From: Candidatus Bathyarchaeota archaeon
Lineage (GTDB): Archaea > Thermoproteota > Bathyarchaeia > 40CM-2-53-6
Assembly (NCBI GenBank): GCA_963706285.1
Contig: CAVPLU010000015.1
Location: forward strand, 1 to 32,959
Length of the DNA: 32,959 nt
Reading direction: 5' to 3'
The notes below the pieces were generated by a model. That model was not told the DNA's origin. It was given only the letters and a program-made list of their open reading frames with translations, and made no database searches. The translations under genes were made by a program, and so were the position numbers. This document shows, in pieces, positions 10,153 through 19,757 of this stretch (position 1 is the stretch's first letter; every line of letters begins with the position of its first letter).

Positions 10153-10830
10153 CTATCCGTACCTGTCGTTTGTCCACGGGTCGGCGGTGTTGCTGTATCC
10201 TCTGCTCTCCCAGTAACCAAGCTCCTGTGTCTCGGTAAATCGAACTCGGCTAACCCACTTCGCGCTCTTGTACCCGTACTTTCCCGGAACCACAAGCCTG
10301 AGAGGACCCCCATACTTGGGTGCTAGCGGTTTTCCATCAAGATTGTAAGCGAAGAGGACGTCATCGTGCATGAGATAATCGAGTGGCAATGAAGTTGTGT
10401 AGAAAGGTGTTCCGTAGCACTCGATCGTTGCATACTTCGCGTTCGCAGTTGGACGAGCCTGCCTCGCGATTTCTGCGAATCGGACTCCTTCCCAGCTACT
10501 GTCTAGTCTGGTCCAACCTGTCACACAGTCAAATTCCGAGACACTCACTATCTTGGGCAACAGCATGAACTGATCCCAGTTCAGTTTGAATGGATTCTCA
10601 ACTTCCCCAGCAACTTCGAAACCCCAAGTGTCAAGGCCAAGTTGGGGAACTCCATTCACCTCAAGCTCCTGGAGGCCTTGGACCTCGTACTGCCCCGGCG
10701 GCAACTTGCGACCACTTGATGTCTGCCCCGATCCACGTGACAGGAAGTAAGCTGACGCGCCTCCGAGACCCACGAGTATCGCCGATACAACGCCGTACTT
10801 GATGAATCGTCTTCTACTGACTGTCTTCAT
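10153..10830 (-). CDS. Sulfite oxidase family molybdopterin oxidoreductase (YuiH/MsrP-like) with Tat signal
   Basis: Likely start MKTVSRRRFIKYG (twin-arginine motif plus h-region); LPPGQ, CVTGW (Mo-ligand Cys), YTTSLPL, GGPLRLVVPGKYGYKSAKW and GYWESRGY. Confidence 0.9.
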   Translation of the reverse strand: MKTVSRRRFIKYGVVSAILVGLGGASAYFLSRGSGQTSSGRKLPPGQYEVQGLQELEVNGVPQLGLDTWGFEVAGEVENPFKLNWDQFMLLPKIVSVSEFDCVTGWTRLDSSWEGVRFAEIARQARPTANAKYATIECYGTPFYTTSLPLDYLMHDDVLFAYNLDGKPLAPKYGGPLRLVVPGKYGYKSAKWVSRVRFTETQELGYWESRGYSNTADPWTNDRYG

Positions 10831-11036
10831 GCTCAATTCCCATCCGGAAAACGGAGATAGGAGAAATATCGCGATGTTGAGACTGTGTTCAATCCTGCAT
10901 AAGGATGTTCGGCCTTTCAACCCTAACGCCAAAGCGACGCCAGTTTTCAATACGTGAAGACTAGCGAGGATCTTTCTAGCAGACGATCGGTGCGAGAGCG
11001 TGCAAGTGTCTGACATACTAACTGTGACTAGGCTTG

Positions 11037-11792
11037 CTAGATATTGCTGACGACATCGAGAAAGTTACGCAAGTATTCCCTCATTTGTTCCCGAAATTCA
11101 TCTTCAGAGACATCTTCCTTTAGGCCGACCATGAATTTGTTGAAGTACTCAAACCAGATGGCTCCGTTCGGTTTGATCTGTTTCAAGAACCGGTTGTTGA
11201 TTGCTTTCGCCTTCTCGATCTGACTTTCTGTTATCCCATGCCTTTCCATGTTGCTGATTGCGAAACAGTTGTTGAGCAGTATGGATGCATTGGTCCATTG
11301 ATCTCTTCGATGCGCCTTGCTTCTTGAAGGGTTTTCTTTGATCCAGCCGAGAAAGAATTCGCCTAGCTGCTGCAAATCAGGCGCCGTAGTGGGATGAGCT
11401 GTGAGAACTCTGATTGACACGTCATCTGCGTACAGATCCTGTATGTGGTTTATGACCTGATGCAGTATTCCCTGCTCGTATTTCTTGTCAAGCTTGTGAT
11501 CGTCGATGAAAAGGCGCATAAGATCTTCGATTAGGGGTTCGCTGTGTGAAGGATGATTCGTTATGTTTCTGTATACGTGTGAGAGTTCATGAGTGAGCAA
11601 GCCCTCAAGCATTGGGGATTTGAGAGCAAAGCCTGAAACAACAATTAGGTGGGTTTGCCATCGGCGAGAGGTGTAGCCCATGAAGGGGAGTTTCTCATCT
11701 ACGGCTACCTTGACCTCTTGATTGATCTCGAACCCAGCCTGTTCCATTTTGTCCAGTACATTTCTGAGGGCTTCCTCAACACTCGATGTCAT
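11037..11792 (-). CDS. Putative zinc metallopeptidase-like protein (HExxH; DUF5781-like)
   Basis: LLTHELSHVYRNITNHPSH followed by NHIQDLYADD. Confidence 0.65.
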   Translation of the reverse strand: MTSSVEEALRNVLDKMEQAGFEINQEVKVAVDEKLPFMGYTSRRWQTHLIVVSGFALKSPMLEGLLTHELSHVYRNITNHPSHSEPLIEDLMRLFIDDHKLDKKYEQGILHQVINHIQDLYADDVSIRVLTAHPTTAPDLQQLGEFFLGWIKENPSRSKAHRRDQWTNASILLNNCFAISNMERHGITESQIEKAKAINNRFLKQIKPNGAIWFEYFNKFMVGLKEDVSEDEFREQMREYLRNFLDVVSNI

Positions 11793-11855
11793 GATGGATC
11801 CCGATCCAGCGGCATTCACTCAGCCAAGATACTGGTGAGTCGTTCCATTCGATGT

Positions 11856-12392
11856 TTAGGCCTTGAGACTCTGGGGATCGAAACGGTTGCCATACTTGCC
11901 GAGAAAGACGATCTCGCCGAGCGGTTTGCGGCTCTTCCTACCAATGATCTTCTTCGCTGGATATCCGAAGCCTAAGATGATGCTTGGATTCATTTCGCTC
12001 GGTATATTGAAGTCTCGGCGAATGGCCTCGTTCTTCACTCCCGTGTAGACGCCTGAAGCAACTCCAAAATTCCACGCGGCAAGTTGCATGTCTTGAGCCA
12101 CTCTGCCCGCGTCGATTAGATGAAATGGATATCGCGGATTGGTCAGAACTATGATTGCAAAGTTGGAGCCTTCAACCCATGCTCCTGTGGTGCTGTCTTC
12201 AGCTAGCCGTTTGAGTTGATCGGAGCCTTGGACTAGAATGAACCGCCAATGTTGCACATTCATTCCACTTCCCGTAAGCCTCGCAGCCTCAAGGATCTTC
12301 AGTTTCACATCGAAGGGCACGTTCTTGGAAGCGAACTCGCGAATCTCCAGTTTAGTGGATACACACGTGTAGGCATCCATGACGTTCACCAC
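11856..12392 (-). CDS. Nitroreductase family protein
   Basis: IREF...ILEAARLTGSGMNVQHWRFILV, DAGRVAQDMQLAAWNFGVAS and LGFGYP. Confidence 0.92.
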   Translation of the reverse strand: MVNVMDAYTCVSTKLEIREFASKNVPFDVKLKILEAARLTGSGMNVQHWRFILVQGSDQLKRLAEDSTTGAWVEGSNFAIIVLTNPRYPFHLIDAGRVAQDMQLAAWNFGVASGVYTGVKNEAIRRDFNIPSEMNPSIILGFGYPAKKIIGRKSRKPLGEIVFLGKYGNRFDPQSLKA

Positions 12393-12462
12393 CTGACTGA
12401 TTGAGGATAGAACGAATGTGGTAATCTCTGTTGCGGCTTACGAACACATGTCCTTCGTGTGA

Positions 12463-13122
12463 TTAACCGCGGACTACCTTGAACGCGTGCTTCCACGTAT
12501 TTAGTGCGGCTCCAACCCTCACCCAGAGGGGAACGAGCGCCTCAAGCCATCGTGCCTCTTCGATCCCGCCAATGTCAATCGCGCCAGGCCATCCGAATTC
12601 TTTCAAGATATCAATGACTTGCTGTTTTGCTTGTGTATCGTTTCCGCAGATGAGCATCTCTGGCTTGTCCTCGCCGAAGTTTGGGTTCACCATCTGCGTG
12701 TTGGGCACGGTGTTGAAGCATTTTACCACCTTCGCCTGTGGCAGTTTTCGCTGAACGCGTTCTCCGAGCGAGTCGTTCATTCCTACGAATAGGCCGGGCG
12801 ATGAGCCCTTTGAAAAATCGAGTGCATTCGTCACGTCAATCACCAACTTTCCTGCGAACTTTTCACGCCCGGCCAGATCGATCGCGTTCTCAACGGCGGC
12901 TCCCAAGATCGCTAGGATTAGTATGTCGCCGTGATTCGAGGCTTCTGCGAAGGTGCCTGTGGAAGTTTTTCCTGCGGTTTGTTTCAGCCATGCTTTCAAT
13001 TTGTCACTGTCTGGGGTTCGCGAGCCTATCTTCACATCATATCCACGGCTCGCGAATCCTCTGCCAAGCGCTTGCCCCACATCTCCACTGCCCAAGATGC
13101 CTATTCTCAAAACACAACCCAC
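12463..13122 (-). CDS. NADPH-dependent F420 reductase (Fno)-like dinucleotide-binding oxidoreductase
   Basis: IGILGSGDVG Rossmann motif, IGSR, VIDVTN, VVKCFNT, ICGND and IDIG. Confidence 0.88.
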   Translation of the reverse strand: MGCVLRIGILGSGDVGQALGRGFASRGYDVKIGSRTPDSDKLKAWLKQTAGKTSTGTFAEASNHGDILILAILGAAVENAIDLAGREKFAGKLVIDVTNALDFSKGSSPGLFVGMNDSLGERVQRKLPQAKVVKCFNTVPNTQMVNPNFGEDKPEMLICGNDTQAKQQVIDILKEFGWPGAIDIGGIEEARWLEALVPLWVRVGAALNTWKHAFKVVRG

Positions 13123-13163
13123 ACTCCAAACAGAGTAGAAAGATCTGAGAGGGGAACGCGAGC

Positions 13164-13586
13164 CTATCGCATCTTCTGGAGGTTTGCGTTGTCTTCGTTG
13201 AAGCCTGTTGTGTAGAAATCGTCCAGCATCTTGAGTTGAGCTGATTCAGACATTCCTGGGATTGCCTTGTAGTCGCCTTTCAGTTCGACTTTGGTTTTGT
13301 TGCCTATCGGCGTGTATGTGTGGTTGAATACCGCGCCATCCATGGCGCTCCCTTTGACGGTCGTTTGCCAACCGATTGGTGGATTCATAATATGTTTGAA
13401 GATGGCTTTGCTGGTTGTCTTGCCGTCTGGGTTGAAGACTTCTGCGTCAATCGTAACCTCGTTGCCAGATTGACTTGCTACTTTGTAGCTTTTGAACCCA
13501 CTATGCGTGTGTTCCATGCTTGAGAGATATTTCCAAACCTTCTCCAACGGAGCATCGAATACTCCATCACTTTCGTAGTGTACCAT
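13164..13586 (-). CDS. SRPBCC/START-like ligand-binding protein
   Basis: FDAPLEKVWKYL N-terminal motif, beta-strand core and C-terminal amphipathic helix. Confidence 0.65.
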   Translation of the reverse strand: MVHYESDGVFDAPLEKVWKYLSSMEHTHSGFKSYKVASQSGNEVTIDAEVFNPDGKTTSKAIFKHIMNPPIGWQTTVKGSAMDGAVFNHTYTPIGNKTKVELKGDYKAIPGMSESAQLKMLDDFYTTGFNEDNANLQKMR

Positions 13587-13992
13587 CTTGACTCATCTGA
13601 GGCAAGAGATGTCTGCGTGGCTTATCTCTCCGCCCGCTTCCGATGCGAACGGCGACGCGGTCTCTTCTTTACGTATGCCAATTTCCAAGCGTAGAGTTCT
13701 TCTTTTGAAGAGACTGAGGCGACTCTGTCGGAGCCATTCTTTCGTACGAGCACAATACCAGATTCGTGACGATTATTGGCTTCGGAATCAGTGCCACGTT
13801 CGAAGTGTCCGACAGGGAAAACAAGCGTCTGAGTAGATGCGGTTGAGCCAACTGGAGAAAACATCGGGTGTTACAAATGTGTCAATCGCATTACCAAAAC
13901 GGTGCCATCGATACGCTGCCGGTGTGCAAATTGAGGGCATTGATGTATCGACAACGGAACGTTGATATACCCTGAGAACTGCGCTCATCAGT

Positions 13993-14463
13993 ATGAGCTT
14001 GGGCCAATTCGACGTCAGCAGCGCTTTTCTCATCTTGTCGATAATCTCCAGCGGGGGAGCTGCCTCACTCCTTGTCTATGCTACCGTCCGCTCGAGAACA
14101 CGCAAAGTCAGATACGTTAGCGTGGGAGTTCCAATTCAGCTCTACGGCGAAGACAACAGCAGTATGCAGGGCCATAGTTCAGCGCAAGAGGCAGGCCTGC
14201 ATGACGAAAATTTGACTCAATGTCCCAAATGCTTCATGATTGATCATACAGAAGCACGATTCTGTATTCGATGCGGGATACCGATGCGACGACAAGTCCA
14301 GCGTCCACTAGGCGATTTTCGTTACGCTGAAACTCCACATTCGATACAAGAAGGATCATCTCGAGTGCTCGGATTCTCCACTTGGCTCGATCCCGAGACT
14401 CGGCTCGGTGTTATCATCGGCATACAGAAACGAGAACCTCTGCAATATGTCAACGAAATCTAG
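13993..14463 (+). CDS. Membrane-anchored zinc-ribbon protein
   Basis: N-terminal hydrophobic segment followed by a basic stretch, then CPKC-x10-CIRCG. Confidence 0.65.
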   Translation: MSLGQFDVSSAFLILSIISSGGAASLLVYATVRSRTRKVRYVSVGVPIQLYGEDNSSMQGHSSAQEAGLHDENLTQCPKCFMIDHTEARFCIRCGIPMRRQVQRPLGDFRYAETPHSIQEGSSRVLGFSTWLDPETRLGVIIGIQKREPLQYVNEI

Positions 14464-14503
14464 ACTAAACCGAAAGAAGATTGGCAAAAAGCGATTTCGA
14501 GAA

Positions 14504-15109
14504 TCACGCGATTCCGAGTTTCTTGTTTCTCATTAGAAGAGCGATTGCTTTCTTCAGGCGTTTCTCTCTAGTTTCCGGCTTCTTTGCGCTGGTGAGCCAG
14601 TACGCGTACTGTTCCTTTGAAGATGGAGCGAGCTTGCAGTAGTTGTTCCATGCTTTTTCGTTGATCATGAGTCGTCTTTTCATCTCCTGAGATATCCGGA
14701 ATCTTGGTCTCAATCGACCGTTCTTAGGGAGTGGCCTCTTCAGTGTCTTGTTGTCTATCTTCGCGAGTCCGGCCGGGGTCATCCTGCCTTCTTCTATGAG
14801 CTTACGGACCCTTCTCACGTTCCGATCCGACCAGACGCTTCTCTCCCTGCGTGGAGAGAACCTTATCATGTGTCTTTCATCGTCAATTCTTTTCAGTCTC
14901 CCGTCAATCCATCCGAAACACAAGGCCTCGTCAAGCGCCTCAAGATAGGACATTCTCCCCGCGCTAACCTGCTTCTTGTAGAAAATCAGCCATGCCTCCT
15001 TCTCCCTTGAGTGATTCATCTTCAACCAGGAACGCCATTCGTCCCTCGCAAGAGTTCGGGGTGTCTTCAATGATTCGGCATCATTTACCATGAAATCGCT
15101 CTCTGACAT
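14504..15109 (-). CDS. YdeI/OmpD-associated family protein
   Basis: WRSWLKMNH, ALDEALCFGWIDG, RFSPRR...SVWS, GRMTPAG and SAKKPETREKRL. Confidence 0.92.
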   Translation of the reverse strand: MSESDFMVNDAESLKTPRTLARDEWRSWLKMNHSREKEAWLIFYKKQVSAGRMSYLEALDEALCFGWIDGRLKRIDDERHMIRFSPRRERSVWSDRNVRRVRKLIEEGRMTPAGLAKIDNKTLKRPLPKNGRLRPRFRISQEMKRRLMINEKAWNNYCKLAPSSKEQYAYWLTSAKKPETREKRLKKAIALLMRNKKLGIA

Positions 15110-15166
15110 TGCTCATGTGTGCGCTCCAAGGAGCGACATGCTTCGAATGTTCTCGTGCAACGCTTC

Positions 15167-16003
15167 TCAGTTCGTCGCGAGTGTTCCGTGGACGCGTGCA
15201 TCATCTTCAATCTTCTTGAAGGCGAAGAATCCGGCCACTAGCATGCAGACTGACAGCAGTGCAGCTATGACGTATTCAAGAGTCACGGGTAAGATCGTCG
15301 GCGTTGCAAGGGCCGCATGTCGGACTATGTCATTGAAGTATGTGAACGGAATGGCGAGGGAGAGGTAGCGGAACGGAACTGGTATCACGCTGATTGGAAA
15401 GAGGGCGCCAGTCAGAATCATGTAGCCGAAAAAGACTAGATTGGAAACCGTGTTGTAGGATTTGATGCGCATCGTCAACCCCGCGAAGAAAAGTCCGAAA
15501 CCGATCAGGCCCAATTCATAGAGGCCAACCGAGAATAGAAAGAGCACTGGGTCATGGAGCGCCACAAGGCCACCCCAGAGCAAGTAGAGAAGTAATGTTG
15601 TGTATCCTATTATTAGCGTGTCCGTGAGGAAGATGCGAGCCCATCTTCCTATAATTAGCGTGACTCGGCTGGCCGGAGTGAGGAAGAATTGTTCCAGTGT
15701 GCCGGCCATCTGCTCGTTTCTTACGGTTTGTCCCATTCCCCACACTCCGGTGCTGAAGAGGATTATGAAAACAAATCCGAAGAAGAAGACAGTGATTCCG
15801 CCCTCAATTGGTGAGGTGGAAGAGAGGGATGTTGGCGCAAAAAGTGTTACGCCAAGTGCAAAGAAGAAGAACCATAATGGCGTGCTTATGAATTCGCCTA
15901 CCATCCATGCAGGATAACGAACGTATGAACGTAGGTCTTTCAGGAAAGCCGCTCTAAACTCGGCCACGAATCTTAGGACAGGACTAGTATTTCGAGAATT
16001 CAC
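15167..16003 (-). CDS. ABC-2 type exporter permease
   Basis: Six-TM pattern; EQMAGTLEQFFLTP, GALFPISVIP and IPFTYF. Confidence 0.92.
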   Translation of the reverse strand: MNSRNTSPVLRFVAEFRAAFLKDLRSYVRYPAWMVGEFISTPLWFFFFALGVTLFAPTSLSSTSPIEGGITVFFFGFVFIILFSTGVWGMGQTVRNEQMAGTLEQFFLTPASRVTLIIGRWARIFLTDTLIIGYTTLLLYLLWGGLVALHDPVLFLFSVGLYELGLIGFGLFFAGLTMRIKSYNTVSNLVFFGYMILTGALFPISVIPVPFRYLSLAIPFTYFNDIVRHAALATPTILPVTLEYVIAALLSVCMLVAGFFAFKKIEDDARVHGTLATN

Positions 16004-16823
16004 CTGTCATACTCGCCTTCCTCTCGAGCTGTTTGAAAACCGCGTAGCCGAGTGTTGGGTAGGCAATAGCCAAAGCGAGAAGTATGAAGATACTTCCATA
16101 GAGGCTAACCAGAGTCTGGTTAGCTAGGACTATTCTACGCATATCCTCAATTACGTACGTTTGGGGCAATGCGCCGGATAGGAATTGAACCCAATAGGGC
16201 AAGAGGGAAACGGGATAGTAAGTGCCTGTTAGTGTTGCAAAGAGAAGGTTTACGATCTGAGTAAATATGTAGGGTTCTTTGAACCTGAGAACGAATCCTG
16301 CAAAGAGGAAACCAATCCCAAATAATGGAATTAGCCCAATCAACAAGACTACAAAGGCTTGAAGAAGGCTCAGAGCAGCAGTCGGCAATGCTATCATTGT
16401 CGTCACCCCGACAACCACGACAAAGACTGCGCTCGTAACCACTATGTCAGTCAGACTAAGCCCGATCAAGAGCGTGGCACGGTTGACGGGCGCCAAGAAG
16501 TTCTGTTCAAGCGTTCCCTTCATCTGCTCATCCCTTAAGGCAACTCCAACATCTTCGACAACCACCCAGCCTATCATCCAAACGGCGCTTCCAAGAATCT
16601 CATAGACCAGAATATTGCTGGTGCCAGTGCGCTCAGCAAAATTCAGGGAGGCATCAGAACCGCCGACAAACTGACCCATCCCGAAGATCATCAGTGTAAA
16701 CAGGAAAGGCATCACGAGGATGAGCACGAAGCTTCCTGGGTATCTAGTGTAGTGCTTTATTCCCTTCCAGAAGATTGCAGTCAGCGTACCGATTGTTGCC
16801 TTGTACCCCGATACAGTTCGCAT
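15984..16823 (-). CDS. ABC-2 type exporter permease
   Basis: DEQMKGTLEQNFLAP, GTYYPVSLLP and LPQTY; likely ATG at 16823, just after the ATPase stop. Confidence 0.92.
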   Translation of the reverse strand: MRTVSGYKATIGTLTAIFWKGIKHYTRYPGSFVLILVMPFLFTLMIFGMGQFVGGSDASLNFAERTGTSNILVYEILGSAVWMIGWVVVEDVGVALRDEQMKGTLEQNFLAPVNRATLLIGLSLTDIVVTSAVFVVVVGVTTMIALPTAALSLLQAFVVLLIGLIPLFGIGFLFAGFVLRFKEPYIFTQIVNLLFATLTGTYYPVSLLPYWVQFLSGALPQTYVIEDMRRIVLANQTLVSLYGSIFILLALAIAYPTLGYAVFKQLERKASMTGEFSKY

Positions 16824-16824
16824 T

Positions 16825-17820
16825 CTAGTCTCTGAGGCTCCTGCCGGTTTCTGATATGAAAACATCTTCGAGGGTAGGCTCGATGAAACTCACCTTGGTC
16901 ACACTGACTTGGTTACGGACCAAGAACTCAAGGACCTTCGGCAGCACCTCTTTTCCTTTAACGGCGTGAATTCGCAGCGACCCCTTCTCGCTCGATTGCG
17001 GATCTGGAGCAACGGCTACCTTCGATACTTCGCTGAACGCTTCAAGAGCATTCACGGTGCTTCCGGAAAGATTTCGGGCCTCAATCTCAATGATATCACT
17101 GCTCTTGACTTTATCCTTGAGTTCCGAGGGTGATCCTAAAGCTACGATTCTGCCGCGATCAATTATGGCAACCCGGTCGCTCAGGAAGTCAGCTTCTTCC
17201 ATGTTGTGAGTCGTTAGAATGATCGCGTGCCCTTCCTTTTTCAAGCCCCGAATCGTTTCTCGAATCAGGCGTGATGACTGAGGGTCTAGGCTGGCGGTCG
17301 GCTCATCAAAAAGGAGCACTGGGGCATCATTGAGTATTGCTTTGGCGAAGGAGAGACGTACTCGCATACCTGTAGAATAGTTTTCCACATACATGTTCTC
17401 ATGTTGCTTCAAACCGACTAAGTCAAGAAGGTCATCGATGCGTTTCCTAGCGTCCAGAGGGTCTAGATGATAGAGCGCAGCGAAGTATTCCAGATTCTCG
17501 CGTCCGGTTAATTTCCAGTACAAGGTTCGCTCCCCAGTCAGCATCACACCGAGATTTTCCCGTACCTTCTGCTGGTCGTTCGCTACGCTGTTCCCATTGA
17601 CGAATGCGTCTCCCGATGTGGGAGTAATCAAGGTGCAAAGCATCTTGATGGTCGTAGTCTTGCCGGCGCCGTTTGGACCAAGAAGCCCGAAGATTTCTCC
17701 GCTCGGGACACTGAAACTAATTGCATCTACGGCGACGACTTTCTTTGGAACCTTCCGTAGCAGCGGCCCCTCTTTCGTTTCGAATATCTTGGACAATGAT
17801 TGAACTTCAACGGCATTCAA
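16825..17820 (-). CDS. ABC exporter ATP-binding protein (DrrA/CcmA-like)
   Basis: GPNGAGKTT, YSTGM signature, LFDEPT, TTH and C-terminal EPTLEDVF. Confidence 0.95.
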   Translation of the reverse strand: MNAVEVQSLSKIFETKEGPLLRKVPKKVVAVDAISFSVPSGEIFGLLGPNGAGKTTTIKMLCTLITPTSGDAFVNGNSVANDQQKVRENLGVMLTGERTLYWKLTGRENLEYFAALYHLDPLDARKRIDDLLDLVGLKQHENMYVENYSTGMRVRLSFAKAILNDAPVLLFDEPTASLDPQSSRLIRETIRGLKKEGHAIILTTHNMEEADFLSDRVAIIDRGRIVALGSPSELKDKVKSSDIIEIEARNLSGSTVNALEAFSEVSKVAVAPDPQSSEKGSLRIHAVKGKEVLPKVLEFLVRNQVSVTKVSFIEPTLEDVFISETGRSLRD

Positions 17821-18008
17821 GGTGCATCGCGAGATTGCTCGTATGACGACGAGGAGGCGTGCTAATTAACATGCTCGCAAATCTCATGGCGCTCGTACAA
17901 AGTTCTTACCTTCCTTGGACGCGTGCAGAACAACGTTTTCGAAATACCATAACATAGCAATCCTAAGAAGTCTCGCACACAATCATAATCTGCCAAAGTG
18001 AATGAGGA

Positions 18009-18650
18009 ATGAAGAAACCAATTCTTGCCTTCATTGCGATAGCCTTCTGTTTGATTGTACCTGGTTCCGCCTTAGCTCAGGCGCAGCAAGCTGCAGCTGA
18101 AATCAAGGATGCAGGCGGGCAGGTTGTCGGGAATGCCATCTTCACTCAACAGTCTGAAGGCGTGCGAATCAACGTCGAGGTGAAGAATCTGTCGCCAGGT
18201 AAGCACGGCATCCACATTCACGCGCAAGGTAGATGCGATCCTCCTGGCTTCACTACAGCTGGCGGTCACTTCAACCCCTATGGGAAGCAGCACGGAACAA
18301 TGAACCCAATGGGGCCTCACGCAGGTGACGTACCGAACTTGGATGTGGCTCAAGACGGGACCGGGAAACTAGATTATACTGACATGCTCGTGACACTAGC
18401 CAGCGGCCCGGACAATTCCCTGTTCAAAACCAATGGGACCTCACTGGTAATCCATGCTAACCCCGACGACGAGAAGACAGACCCATCGGGAAACAGTGGA
18501 ACACGCATTGCTTGCGGCCTCATCCTAGCGGTTCCAATGCCATCATTCATCGAAGTATACGGCTGGGCGATAGCTGCGCTAGTCGCAATAGCAGTCATCG
18601 TTGTCGCACTTGTCGTAGTCAAGCTGAGGAAAATGAAACCGGCAGCTTAG
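18009..18650 (+). CDS. sodC: Cu/Zn superoxide dismutase with signal peptide and C-terminal membrane anchor
   Basis: All ligand motifs are present (HGIHIH, GGHFNP, QHG, PHAGD, VIH), as are both disulfide Cys and the catalytic Arg (RIACG). Signal peptide ends ALA-Q; TM tail is followed by KLRK. Confidence 0.93.
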   Translation: MKKPILAFIAIAFCLIVPGSALAQAQQAAAEIKDAGGQVVGNAIFTQQSEGVRINVEVKNLSPGKHGIHIHAQGRCDPPGFTTAGGHFNPYGKQHGTMNPMGPHAGDVPNLDVAQDGTGKLDYTDMLVTLASGPDNSLFKTNGTSLVIHANPDDEKTDPSGNSGTRIACGLILAVPMPSFIEVYGWAIAALVAIAVIVVALVVVKLRKMKPAA

Positions 18651-18963
18651 TCATTACACATTCGATGCGGGCATCCGCCATTATCAGCCAAACTCTTTCA
18701 CCTAGACTACGAAACGTCATGCATTTGGACATCGTTCAACAGAAGCATGTTCCTTGCTGTGGCAGGTGAACATGAGAAGTACGGCGAGCTGGGCTGGCTT
18801 GACTAGCTCGAATGCTTCTGAATCACGCTCATGATTCCCTCACCGAGTATTTCCACCGGACAGACTGTTTGTTCGATGAATCAACGAGCATCAACACCAT
18901 ATCCTAATTGCCCGTATCCCTATGATATCTGTCTGAGCTGCCTCTAATCGTTGCGCGTCTCTA

Positions 18964-19025
18964 CATGCAAGCACGACTGCTATCGTGCTTCATGAAGACT
19001 GAAAGAAAAAGGTCCGGATTCGGAC
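18964..19025. terminator. Hairpins plus a minus-strand T-tract between convergent genes
   Basis: AAGCACGA-ctgcta-TCGTGCTT (18969-18990, flanked by CATG/CATG) and GTCCG-gatt-CGGAC (19012-19025), next to gaaagaaaaa, which is a U-tract on the minus strand downstream of the 19053 stop. Confidence 0.4.
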
Positions 19026-19052
19026 TCGTGGTGCGCTAGCGTGCGGAAAGAC

Positions 19053-19586
19053 TCAGCTGCCGGATTTTCTGTATGCTAGGAGTAGAGCGATCACTCCCAG
19101 CAGGACACCTAGAGAGGCAACGAGGGCCAGTATCCCTATGGGCTGTACTACGAAGTTGATTTGAACGTGCACTATTCCTGGAATATCTTTGGCTGCAGTG
19201 CCTTTTGCTGTCTCGTTAAGGGTTATGATGCCTCCAACGTATCCCGCGTACCCAAGCAGTGCTGTACCTACTACTGTCCCGATTTCCAGCAGCGTCAAAT
19301 GTAGCCACGCGAGAATGTTGTTCACCTTTCCACCTGTTGTCTTAGGGATTATGTAATATAGGGACGCGAATGCTGCGAACCCCAAAACCCCCACGATAAG
19401 AAACAGCATGAAGCCGAGGAATCCCCAAGTTCCTACGGAACCACCTGCAATGGTACGCGAGATTCGAGTATCGAGGACGATTGGGAAGAGCAGCCAACCA
19501 ATCGCAATCAAAGCATTCACAAGAGCAACAACGCCGAATCTTTTCGACCAAACTTCGGGCGATGAAGATGCCATATCAATCAACAA
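19053..19586 (-). CDS. 4-TM membrane protein resembling the C-terminal helices of heme-copper oxidase subunit I, lacking heme ligands
   Basis: GVLGFAAFASLYYIIPKTTGGKVNNILAWLHLTLLEIG matches the COX1 helix X-XI pattern (YY-xx-PK-x-TG...W-x-H); no HFH motif. Confidence 0.55.
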   Translation of the reverse strand: MLIDMASSSPEVWSKRFGVVALVNALIAIGWLLFPIVLDTRISRTIAGGSVGTWGFLGFMLFLIVGVLGFAAFASLYYIIPKTTGGKVNNILAWLHLTLLEIGTVVGTALLGYAGYVGGIITLNETAKGTAAKDIPGIVHVQINFVVQPIGILALVASLGVLLGVIALLLAYRKSGS

Positions 19587-19683
19587 CTAGTGTGTCATAT
19601 GCGTCGCTCCCGTCTATGAATCGTGACCAATTCCAGTGACAAGATTCGAGCCTGCTTGCTTGGCTAGTGAAAAGTCAGAGCCG

Positions 19684-19699
19684 GTTTGTATTTACAAAC
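19684..19699. promoter_or_regulatory. Perfect 7-2-7 palindrome, candidate operator
   Basis: GTTTGTA-tt-TACAAAC, about 100 nt upstream of the 19053..19586 gene. Confidence 0.3.
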
Positions 19700-19757
19700 A
19701 CAACATGTCGTAGTGCGTTACGAGCCGGAACTCTAGATCCTTGTATCAACCCTACGC

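Noticed and set aside
10831-11016. 62-aa N-terminal extension of the molybdoenzyme ORF
   Set aside because: The Tat motif should be near the N-terminus, so the ATG at 10830 is the better start.
13588-13990. Several overlapping 60-82 aa ORFs, for example 13622..13864 on the minus strand
   Set aside because: No motif and competing frames; I cannot support any of them, although a small gene is not excluded.
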